From Leptospirales bacterium (lineage in GTDB: Bacteria; Spirochaetota; Leptospiria; Turneriellales; JAOUFE01), in the NCBI GenBank assembly GCA_040326155.1, contig JBEQLE010000001.1, positions 64,001-128,000 of the forward strand: 64,000 nucleotides of DNA. Reading direction: 5' to 3'. How positions within the stretch are numbered: the stretch's first letter is position 1; every line of letters starts with the position of its first letter. Below, in pieces: positions 42,066 to 51,069 of this stretch. A program made the translations under genes and the position numbers. Below the pieces are notes generated by a model. It did not search any database and was not told where the DNA came from. It was given only the letters and a program-made list of their open reading frames with translations.

Positions 42066-43385
42066 ATGTCTAAAGAAAAACAAATCATCGGCAGAATGCC
42101 GCACTTTTACAGTGACGAAGGGGACCTGATGTCTCTGGTATCTGTTTTTGCGCACACGCTTGAAGAGGCTGATGCGGATTTATTAAAAGTCATGCGGGGC
42201 CACTGGGTTGATACGGCTAACAACGAAGGCTCCAAAGGATTAAATACATCAACGAAAGGGGACCTCGACAAGATCGCGTCTTTTTATCTGGAAAATCTGG
42301 GTTCGACGAGTTTGTTAAAACAGGTCAACCGCCCACCGGAAGACGCCGGGTTGGAAAGCGACGCCATTCACCGGGGTCGCCTTAAGGGTTTAATCGATAT
42401 TTTAAAAGAAGGCGCCTCAACCCAAAAAGGGATTGTGGAAATTATTGCGGCCAACCTCGGAATTTTCGGGAACTCTCCCGAGGCCGTAAAATCGAGGCAG
42501 TCGATCAAGATCATCGAGTTTGATCCTACACCTGAAATTATTTTTCACAATCAGCTTAAATTCTCACAAGAGTTCTCTGCGAATAACCAAAATCCGGAAA
42601 GCTCTCGTGCGCAATTTGTCATCGGTATCGATACGGTAAGCGCGACCCCGGTTTCACTATCGCGTTTACAGGTTATGAACCTCGATGTAACCGGGGAAAA
42701 CTATAGCATTAACAAAATCGGCGATACGCCGTCGGGTGTTTTGGAATACCGCGGGTCTCTTGCCAAAGGTGATCAGCTGTCGATCTTTCCGGATGGTAGT
42801 GCTCTTTTAAACGGCAGAAAAGTTCCCGTAACGGGCGACCTTGAACTTGCCCCTGGGACATCTCGCTTTCGTATTGAAGCGATGGTGGGTTATTCCCGTG
42901 GAACTCTCGATCAAACGTTGTACGACTTCTCGTTGTATGAAGATGAAAAGTTCAACGAGTTGAGCGCTGAACTAAAAGAGATTTATTCGATTGATGTGGA
43001 AGTCACTTTAATGAAATTAACACCGGGCGCTTTTCGCGCCGACATCCCGTGGGATATTCCGGGGTTCAGCGAGAAGCTCGATATTCTTGAAGACGATCCG
43101 CGCAGCCAGATTATTGATATCATCCAAAAAGTGAGGGCCGCAGGTGTTCGTTCATCTGTATCCTTTATAAAAACGTTTCATGAATTTCATGAGATGAAAG
43201 ATCTGTTCAAAGGACATGGCCGCCGAAACCCACTTATCGAAGACCATGTGCTCAAGGAAGACTTGCAGATCGCGAGCGTTCACAAACCCGTTCCGGGCGG
43301 GGAAGACATCGAGTTGGCTGATAGTTTAACCACCTCGGGTGTGTTTGATTATACGAGTTTTGATTCATTAAACAGGTTTACGTAA
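42066..43385 (+). CDS. Baseplate wedge protein (gpI-like) with inserted beta domains
   Basis: LDKIA...ESDAIHRGRLK...GASTQKGI, VRAAGV; position after J. Confidence 0.65.
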   Translation: MSKEKQIIGRMPHFYSDEGDLMSLVSVFAHTLEEADADLLKVMRGHWVDTANNEGSKGLNTSTKGDLDKIASFYLENLGSTSLLKQVNRPPEDAGLESDAIHRGRLKGLIDILKEGASTQKGIVEIIAANLGIFGNSPEAVKSRQSIKIIEFDPTPEIIFHNQLKFSQEFSANNQNPESSRAQFVIGIDTVSATPVSLSRLQVMNLDVTGENYSINKIGDTPSGVLEYRGSLAKGDQLSIFPDGSALLNGRKVPVTGDLELAPGTSRFRIEAMVGYSRGTLDQTLYDFSLYEDEKFNELSAELKEIYSIDVEVTLMKLTPGAFRADIPWDIPGFSEKLDILEDDPRSQIIDIIQKVRAAGVRSSVSFIKTFHEFHEMKDLFKGHGRRNPLIEDHVLKEDLQIASVHKPVPGGEDIELADSLTTSGVFDYTSFDSLNRFT

Positions 43386-43403
43386 AAGAAAAAAGGAGAA
43401 AAT

Positions 43404-43877
43404 ATGAAATCTACGGAAATATTAAATATGCAGGGAGCTTTAACGCTAGAGCTTTTTGATCGGAAAAATCAGCCGGTGCAAAAAACCAAACAGGGTAATC
43501 ATATCGTTCTTTCCGGAAGAGACCTGGTGATGAAACTTTTTATCAATGAGCAAATTGACCCGATCAGCCATATTGCGGTGGGCACGGGTTCGGGGGCGGT
43601 GACCGGGACGGATGTTAAACTCGAAAAGGAATTCTTCAGAAAGGCTTTTGATACGATCGACCCGAGCGTTCATCTTTCAACGACCGATGACAATCGGCGG
43701 AAAGTAATTCTGACCACGGAACTCGATTACGCGGAATCAAACGGTCCGCTGACCGAAGCGGGAATTTTTACGAACGCCGGGGCCAACCTCGGGACGATGT
43801 ACAATCGTGTGGTTTTTCCGCCGATTAACAAGACCTTGGATTTTAAACTGACCCTCATCTGGGAGATTTTATTTTAA
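43404..43877 (+). CDS. Tail-fibre collar/attachment protein
   Basis: NHIVLSGR, HIAVGTG, NGPLTEAGIF, FPPINKT. Confidence 0.7.
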   Translation: MKSTEILNMQGALTLELFDRKNQPVQKTKQGNHIVLSGRDLVMKLFINEQIDPISHIAVGTGSGAVTGTDVKLEKEFFRKAFDTIDPSVHLSTTDDNRRKVILTTELDYAESNGPLTEAGIFTNAGANLGTMYNRVVFPPINKTLDFKLTLIWEILF

Positions 43878-43897
43878 GAATACAAGAATGGAGATTT

Positions 43898-43934
43898 GAC
43901 AGGATTAACATGATTAACAGGATTTAGAATTGGG
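43898..43934 (+). repeat. 9-nt-period repeat GACAGGATTAACATGATTAACAGGATT, copy 1
   Basis: 34/37 identical to 62348-62384. Confidence 0.8.
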
Positions 43935-43966
43935 AAGAGTAATTGAAAGGAACAAGGAGCAAACAA

Positions 43967-46900
43967 ATGGCATTAAACGATAAAACCAAAAACCCGGGCG
44001 ACTTAATTAAGTCGCAGGACTGGAACGACACCGTAGACGAGGTCAACCGCCTGGGCACCGATAAACTCAACCGAAGCGGTGACATTATTCGCGGCGACCT
44101 GCGCGTTGACGGAGAACTCACCGTCACAAGACAATTGCAGATCGGAGACGCAAGCCATGTGAAAGCATTCAGTGAAACAGGCCTGGGCGAATTAAAAATC
44201 GCACTTGGTAGATTTGGCATCGGTACTATGATTCAACTCGAAGTTAAAATTGCCGGAAGTCATGCGGATACAGCGGGGATGTACCATGTCGTTTGCAACT
44301 GGAACGAGCGTCCTTCTATATTGTATCAGAGCGCCGGAAACAAAATGTGGAGATTTACTTTATTTGGGTATCGCCAAAACGAAGAGGTCAAAGACGCCTC
44401 GGGTGCAACGCCTACCAGCGGGGCAGCCTATCTTTGGGCTCGCTGGCTACCAGCAGATGGCAAACCTGCTAATGCGAATAATACGCTCCATATCAAAGTT
44501 GTCTCTGTCACTGAATTTGACGAAACCGATACCGGCGTCTGGGCGACAGCGGTAAAGTATCCGGTCTCAAAAGTTTTGAGCGTTCATGTACGAAGTAGTA
44601 ATGTGGGTATCGGAACCGACGCTCCGAAATCTAAACTTGAAGTAGCGGGAGACATTCGGGGCAATAACCTGTTAGTGGGCAATAGTATTTATCGCGATGG
44701 CTCTATTGAGCTGAGCGGTGCGACTCCTTACATCGATTTTCATCACGCCGAGGGCGTTACCGATTATAACATGCGGATCATCAATAATGCGCCGGGAGAA
44801 TTGACTGTTGCAGGCGGTATGTTACGAGTGACTCAGGGAAAAGAACTTACTCCTATCGTTGGAACAGGCTCTTTGGTTATTGGATCGGATACATCACTCA
44901 ATATGGGCTTTGATAATAACGAGATCATGGCTCGTAAAAATGGTCTTCCCTCGCCGCTTAACCTGAATATCAACGAAGCCGCCAATTCGCCGGTCATCAT
45001 CGGTACATTGTCAGTACTTAAAAATGGCACCATAGCCGGGGCAGCAAAAGTTGGCAGCCTAAGTGTGACGGGTAACGTTGGAATTGGGGTGGATGTGCCT
45101 ACATCAAAACTGGAAGTAGCGGGAGATATTGAATTAAGTGGTAAGATTAAATCAGGAGCCAATACTATTCGCGATGCTGGTGGAGGTTGGCTTCGTACAT
45201 ACAACAAAACCGGTTGGGTTAGCCAGACATACGGTGGCGGTTGGTATATGGCAGACTCTTCATGGATTAGAAGTTATGGCAATAAAAATATATTTCATAA
45301 TAAGGGGGTAATGCGTACCGATGGAACTTTACAAATTGGCCCTTCGGGAGGAACTCTCAGTATTGCAAATGGAGGGGATTTCGCTTACCGAAGCAATGTT
45401 CTTTTTGCAAATACATCAGGCGATGTGGGAATAGGGACGACTGGCCCCAAAGGTAAACTTCATATCAGAAACGCTGATGGAGCCGATGTGTATTCAGGTT
45501 TACGGTTTTATCCGGCTGATGCATCATCGGCGGGGAGAAATAGTTATCATCGCATTACTGGTTTTCGTAAAAGCGGATTGTGGATTTCGGGTAGCGCGAA
45601 TGGTACTGCACATACCAAATCTAATATATTGTTAAAAGATGAGGGTATCTTTTTTGGTACAAGTGATGGTACAACCGACCCCGAAGCAAACTTGAAGTTG
45701 TCCATTTTAAACAATGGTAATGTGGGGATTGGGACGGAGGCATTGGAGGGCAAACTTACGATAAATAGCGGTAACGGTAGTTGGATATTCTTAAAACAAA
45801 ACAGGGCAACTTCCGGGGGCGGCGGCTTTTCTATACATAACCCTTGGCGTAATAATGACCCAGTCGACAGAAACAGATTTGAAATTGCATATAAGTCTAA
45901 TACAGGGGTTTGGAAGTGGTCACTACTTCAAGTTCGTGCCGATGGATCTGTTTATGCCGGGTCTACTCATGTTACTTCGGATAGATCAAAAAAGAAAGAT
46001 ATTCTACCGATAAAAAAGGCTTTGGATGATTTGATAAAATTAAAACCGGTTAGCTTTTCCTGGAAAAACTCAGGTCTGGCTAAAAAAGAAGAACTTGGAT
46101 TTATAGCTCAGGATGTTGAACAAATCTATCCTGAATTGATTGGCGACAATGGTTACGGGGTAAAGCATCTAAATTATAATGGTTTAATGGCGCCAGTTGT
46201 ACAGTCCATAAAAGAACAGCAAACACAAATTGAATTGTTGACAACTCAAAATTACGAACAACAAAAATTAATAGATAGTAATAAACCAACATTACAGGGC
46301 GCTGATTTCGCAGAGTATTTTAAATCAACAGACGGAAGCTCCATTGATGTTGGTCTATCAGTAGTTTTAGAGAAAGACAAAATCAGGAAAGCGAAAAAAG
46401 AAGAAGTGCCGGTTGGTATCATTTCGAATAAGCCTGTAGTCCTTGGCGGTTCACATATGGAGTGGCCGGGTAAGATCCTTCAGGATCCCTTCGGCAACGA
46501 AATTCTCGAAGAATACAAAGAAGAGATCATGGCGCAAAAAACAGAAAAAGTCAAGCGCGAGCGACAAAAAGTAAAAACCAAGACTATCGAAGAAGATGTG
46601 ATCGAAACGGTTGAGAAAACCATCAAAGGCAAAAAGGTTATGGTTGAAGTGACCAAAAAAGAGAAGCGCGAGATCGATGAGCCGCAATTCAAAGAGGTCG
46701 AAATCTACGACGAAAAAACAAAAGAGATCATTCGCACCGAGCAGGTTCCGATCATGGAAACCTTTGAGGTCGAAGAGTTGGTCTACGATGAAAATGGCGG
46801 ACCGGTCATGGTGGGCACGGGTAAATTTGAGAAGAAGACTCGGCCGAAACTGAACCCTAAGTATGATCCAAAGCGTGAGTATGTTCCGCGTGACCAGCGA

Positions 46901-47023
46901 CCTGAGTGGAATGTTGTTGGGCTGGTTGGGCAGATACCGCTTCGTAAGGGGCAGCCGACTGCGCCGGGCTGGGTGAAGATGAAGGATTTGGATAAGGATG
47001 TGGAATTGTGGCTGGTGAAGTGA
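43967..47023 (+). CDS. Tail fibre 1: modular, with peptidase S74-like and peptidase G2-like chaperone domains
   Basis: ATG 43967 after AAGGAG; four G/SxVGIG boundaries; TSDRSKKKDI and GFIAQDVE (S74); GADFAEYF...EWNVVGLVGQI (G2). Confidence 0.85.
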   Translation: MALNDKTKNPGDLIKSQDWNDTVDEVNRLGTDKLNRSGDIIRGDLRVDGELTVTRQLQIGDASHVKAFSETGLGELKIALGRFGIGTMIQLEVKIAGSHADTAGMYHVVCNWNERPSILYQSAGNKMWRFTLFGYRQNEEVKDASGATPTSGAAYLWARWLPADGKPANANNTLHIKVVSVTEFDETDTGVWATAVKYPVSKVLSVHVRSSNVGIGTDAPKSKLEVAGDIRGNNLLVGNSIYRDGSIELSGATPYIDFHHAEGVTDYNMRIINNAPGELTVAGGMLRVTQGKELTPIVGTGSLVIGSDTSLNMGFDNNEIMARKNGLPSPLNLNINEAANSPVIIGTLSVLKNGTIAGAAKVGSLSVTGNVGIGVDVPTSKLEVAGDIELSGKIKSGANTIRDAGGGWLRTYNKTGWVSQTYGGGWYMADSSWIRSYGNKNIFHNKGVMRTDGTLQIGPSGGTLSIANGGDFAYRSNVLFANTSGDVGIGTTGPKGKLHIRNADGADVYSGLRFYPADASSAGRNSYHRITGFRKSGLWISGSANGTAHTKSNILLKDEGIFFGTSDGTTDPEANLKLSILNNGNVGIGTEALEGKLTINSGNGSWIFLKQNRATSGGGGFSIHNPWRNNDPVDRNRFEIAYKSNTGVWKWSLLQVRADGSVYAGSTHVTSDRSKKKDILPIKKALDDLIKLKPVSFSWKNSGLAKKEELGFIAQDVEQIYPELIGDNGYGVKHLNYNGLMAPVVQSIKEQQTQIELLTTQNYEQQKLIDSNKPTLQGADFAEYFKSTDGSSIDVGLSVVLEKDKIRKAKKEEVPVGIISNKPVVLGGSHMEWPGKILQDPFGNEILEEYKEEIMAQKTEKVKRERQKVKTKTIEEDVIETVEKTIKGKKVMVEVTKKEKREIDEPQFKEVEIYDEKTKEIIRTEQVPIMETFEVEELVYDENGGPVMVGTGKFEKKTRPKLNPKYDPKREYVPRDQRPEWNVVGLVGQIPLRKGQPTAPGWVKMKDLDKDVELWLVK

Positions 47024-47032
47024 GGGGGTTAT

Positions 47033-50000
47033 ATGATTGATAAAGGTCTTCTAAAAGAAGGGAAAGTATTTATCGTCCTGGGAAAAGACGGATTATTTAA
47101 TAATCCGGAATATACGACATATTATAATTTCAACTGGCGCGTGCATAAAACGGGACAACCCCTATTCGAATCCGGCTTTTATGAAGAGAGTGAACAACCG
47201 GTCCCTTTGCCTCCGTATACAATGCCGGAACATCGAATTGGAGATCTGGAGCCAAACGATGTCATAATTCTTGATCAGGTTTTATTTCATGCCGAAAAGA
47301 CGAATCGACAAAATGTGGCAGATACGGCGCACCAATGCCTACTTGTCACAGTAAAACAAGCTAAGAATAATCAGCTCATAGGTAAACAAGGGTTTATCTG
47401 GTCTGTTTATAACGGAAAACATTATATCACCCCATGTATAGGATCCGTTTCTTCTCAGGGAGGAAAGCCGGATCTGAAAATAACGAGTGGCCCGGGTAAT
47501 ATTACCAGTGTAAAGAAAAACGTCAATGAATCTATACCGGAAAGTAAAACTCCTAACTTCGATGAAGGTTACGTAATTGATCTTATTTGGTCCGATGGTA
47601 AACCAGGTTCAATACAAGGGTTAATTTTATATCCTGCTCTTTTGACGCCGGAAATACTCACTCCGAAATCAGAATCATTATCATTTGTATTGCTTACATT
47701 GGGGGGTTCTACTCAGCCCACAAGTAAACAGATCAAAGATCAGTTGAAAATTAGCTATGGCTTATATTTTAAAGAGCCTGCATTGATTTTATCGGGTCTC
47801 CAGGAGGTTGATATTAATGTAGATGAAATTGCAAATACGCAAGCCCTGATAAGTACCAATGATTTTAAAGGAGTTATCGATAGTCGAGTTGACTATAAGT
47901 CTAAAACGCAAGAGGACAACTGTTATAGGGTAACTATTCAAAAGAGCGTTTTTCAAAATGGAGATCCATCTAAACCTTTATTTAAGAAAAATAAATTAAA
48001 ACAAAAAAACTCAAATGATGAGGCGATTAACACAACATTAAAAAAATATAAAACAGATAAAATCCCCGGATCGGGTAAACACTGTTTTCAGTTTGAGGAG
48101 GATGATATTAATTTTACAAAATCTGATTTAACTCGCCCAATTCGCTCACACCATCCTGTATTTATATTAGGGAAAAAAGAACGGCATAAAACTAATGGAT
48201 ATAATTTTGCTCAAATGAGTGATATACATATAAGCTCTCGCGAGCACACGCTGAGGAAATCGCAAGCAAAAGTTATTGAGGGAGTTTCTGATGATATTTC
48301 ATGCCCAGTTGGATCGATGGTCAATATCGCATCGAAAAATATGAAATCATTTTTAGATATATCAGGTTGCTCAGACGAAACTGATATAATACTTATTTCC
48401 GGGGATGTGATTGACCATATACCAAATGCACGGGTGGATAGTAGCGAAACAGTTTCAGAGATTTGGGAGAACCTTAAACTTGAAGATAGCCCTTCACTTG
48501 GCGATTGGAGCCCGGATGATAATTACCAACTTTTCTGGGATCATATTGCCTTTTATTCGTTCATAGTTTACTTTTATGAAAGATTTAAAAAACCTTCATA
48601 TTATGTGACCGGGAACCATGATGTCTATGGCGCTCCCTATGGAATAACTCCTGTATTATTTTCTGAAGGCAATTTAGATTCAAATAAAAAAGAAAATCAC
48701 CCTCTGTTGAACGAGGGTATTCCTGCTGACCATAACCTTACTTTTTATGAAGCACAATTGATCTTTGGCGATACATCCAAATCTGTATATGAAAATAGCT
48801 CTGGAATAACGCTGAAATACCTGGACTGGATTCACAGTTGTTACACACCTTTTAAGGATTATTTGATTGAGTGGGATAAGCAAAATATAATCGCCCTTGG
48901 CTGGGGCGATAAGGAAGACCTTATGTTAGACTCTCAAGGTTGGATGGGGCATTTGCCAAGATCGGAAGACCCATTCACTGAAATTCAATTTAACTTATTG
49001 AAAGAAATAAATAATAACTCGAATAATACGAAAAAACATATTCTATTAAGTCATTTTACCTTTATCTCTTATCATGAGATGATTCCGGATCATCATTTAG
49101 ATGGCGGCGGCGTTTTAAAAAGTGAGTATCAAATGCCAAACCAGTACCAAATCAACTTAAATAAAGATTATAATTGGTATGATATGGGAACTTTTGAGGA
49201 GGAACGTTTAGCTTCATATAAATATGCTAAAGAGAGATTGCACGTAATTGTCACAGGCCATTCGCACCGCAGAGCAGCCTATACATTTGGGGATATAAAT
49301 ATAGATGGAACAAAAATTGAAACCAGGATGCACCCTTTGAGTGAGAGTAAATATTTTGATTTAGATGATGTTACAAAAACCTCCAGGACTCCTGTTGTTG
49401 TGGTGTCTGATTCGACAGGGCCGTTGCCCCGTCTCAATAGGGATGGGGAATTTTTTGGTTGGGGTAGCGATCAGGCAGCCGGATTGCTTCTTCATTTTTT
49501 AGATAATGACAAACTAAAGGTAGATACACTCAAAGTAGGCCCTAAACCACGCTTTTGTGTCACGCTTGACTACCAAACGGCCTTGCGTGAGGCGAGTATA
49601 GAAAAGTATCATGATATGTTCAACTCCAGTATATATGAGGACGAACACAATGCGTTTACTAAGATCATACCCGGACAATTTTTCGTAAAAGAGATAGATT
49701 TGCAGACACCTTTTCCAAATAATAGCATCCTTTTTCTAAATCAAGTAGGAATGAAGGGAATTCCTCAGACAAACCTGGGAACATTTATTCAGTCAGATTC
49801 AAATACAGTTGCTGCAAAAACCAAAAAAATTGTAGATATATTTAATTCTATAGTTTCCGATGACACCCGATTCCAGGCAGTAATGAATTCTTTTGTGAGT
49901 AATGATAGCTTAACTGAAGCTGGGTCGGATTATTTGGCCGGTTTAAACCTGGCAATTCAAAACGCTCAAAACAGTGACCAAGTGAGCTCTTTGCGTAAGT

Positions 50001-50674
50001 CATTCCTTCATAACTTGTTTCCAAAACTGACAAAGAATACAGATCCTTGGCTGCGTATTGATAAAGAGAAAGCCCACCCTGTTGCCGTTTTTTTTGTATA
50101 CAAAGATGCCCCTGGCACGCTCTATTGTAATTTAGATTCATCTTTAATGGAAGAAGTAAGTATTGAATCTATAAAATTTTACACTCACGAAATGGTTGTT
50201 AATAATGCAGTAACAAACACAAATTTAGTCGAAGTATGTACGAGCGAAGTCGAAGTGTACAAAATTACAAAAAAAAGCATAATTTCTGGAATTGAAAACT
50301 CTGTCAGTGTCTCTACTTATAAATGTAAAATAGACGACTCTCATCAAGCAAACTTGAACAGAATCTTGGGAAATGACGATCAGTTTGAAGAGGTATTTGC
50401 TTCCATAAAATTCTGTGGTAAAGAGAGCTCTATATTTAAAGATATATATTGCTTTAATACACCATGGAATTTTCTAATATTAAGGAGAAAACCTTTTGGT
50501 TATTTAGATTATGATATTGATGTTCAAAAGATTATGGACATTGAAGCCTATAAAGTAAGCGGAGAGTCGAAAGGTAAAGATGCTTATATACTTATTCCAT
50601 ATGTAGACCCACACTTTCTTCCCAACTATGAGTTGCGGCAAGAACTTTATCCTCAAAAATACTCTGAAGAGTGA
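47033..50674 (+). CDS. Large calcineurin-like metallophosphoesterase, candidate CIS cargo/effector
   Basis: SDIH, SGDVID, TGNHD, LSHF, TGHSH motifs in order; AT-richer than the structural genes. Confidence 0.75.
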   Translation: MIDKGLLKEGKVFIVLGKDGLFNNPEYTTYYNFNWRVHKTGQPLFESGFYEESEQPVPLPPYTMPEHRIGDLEPNDVIILDQVLFHAEKTNRQNVADTAHQCLLVTVKQAKNNQLIGKQGFIWSVYNGKHYITPCIGSVSSQGGKPDLKITSGPGNITSVKKNVNESIPESKTPNFDEGYVIDLIWSDGKPGSIQGLILYPALLTPEILTPKSESLSFVLLTLGGSTQPTSKQIKDQLKISYGLYFKEPALILSGLQEVDINVDEIANTQALISTNDFKGVIDSRVDYKSKTQEDNCYRVTIQKSVFQNGDPSKPLFKKNKLKQKNSNDEAINTTLKKYKTDKIPGSGKHCFQFEEDDINFTKSDLTRPIRSHHPVFILGKKERHKTNGYNFAQMSDIHISSREHTLRKSQAKVIEGVSDDISCPVGSMVNIASKNMKSFLDISGCSDETDIILISGDVIDHIPNARVDSSETVSEIWENLKLEDSPSLGDWSPDDNYQLFWDHIAFYSFIVYFYERFKKPSYYVTGNHDVYGAPYGITPVLFSEGNLDSNKKENHPLLNEGIPADHNLTFYEAQLIFGDTSKSVYENSSGITLKYLDWIHSCYTPFKDYLIEWDKQNIIALGWGDKEDLMLDSQGWMGHLPRSEDPFTEIQFNLLKEINNNSNNTKKHILLSHFTFISYHEMIPDHHLDGGGVLKSEYQMPNQYQINLNKDYNWYDMGTFEEERLASYKYAKERLHVIVTGHSHRRAAYTFGDINIDGTKIETRMHPLSESKYFDLDDVTKTSRTPVVVVSDSTGPLPRLNRDGEFFGWGSDQAAGLLLHFLDNDKLKVDTLKVGPKPRFCVTLDYQTALREASIEKYHDMFNSSIYEDEHNAFTKIIPGQFFVKEIDLQTPFPNNSILFLNQVGMKGIPQTNLGTFIQSDSNTVAAKTKKIVDIFNSIVSDDTRFQAVMNSFVSNDSLTEAGSDYLAGLNLAIQNAQNSDQVSSLRKSFLHNLFPKLTKNTDPWLRIDKEKAHPVAVFFVYKDAPGTLYCNLDSSLMEEVSIESIKFYTHEMVVNNAVTNTNLVEVCTSEVEVYKITKKSIISGIENSVSVSTYKCKIDDSHQANLNRILGNDDQFEEVFASIKFCGKESSIFKDIYCFNTPWNFLILRRKPFGYLDYDIDVQKIMDIEAYKVSGESKGKDAYILIPYVDPHFLPNYELRQELYPQKYSEE

Positions 50675-50878
50675 CCCACAAGGGGATAATCGATATTATT
50701 GAATCTATTGAGAACTTGTTGTAAACCTACTTAGCTCAGATTGATCCGGGAGGATACTTGACCTTAGCAAAAAATATGGAAGCTCTATGCGAGCAAAGCG
50801 TATAACTCGTCAAGAACCGCTTGTTTTTCTTCAACTATTCCTCCCTGTACATTAACTCGAGAATAAAACACCCACTAA

Positions 50879-50950
50879 TTATCCCCAAAATTATATAAAA
50901 ATACTTTACGCTTCCCAGAAACACTATACATATGGATATATATAAAGAGC
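50879..50950 (+). promoter_or_regulatory. Promoter-like block upstream of fibre 2, duplicated upstream of fibre 3
   Basis: Aligns with 55192-55261, including an identical 25-mer CACTATACATATGGATATATATAAA. Confidence 0.6.
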
Positions 50951-51069
50951 GTTAAAGCTACGACATTTGATTTCCCGCCTGCCGACATAGAACGTAGTTA
51001 GGAAATCCCTATCTATTTTTTCCTTATCTTGCGTAGTCAGTGCCGTGCAAATGACAAAAGAGGGAACAA

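Noticed and set aside
30750..43877. Type VI secretion system
   Set aside because: Single-chain phage-type sheath; no TssB/C pair, TssJLM, TssK or ClpV
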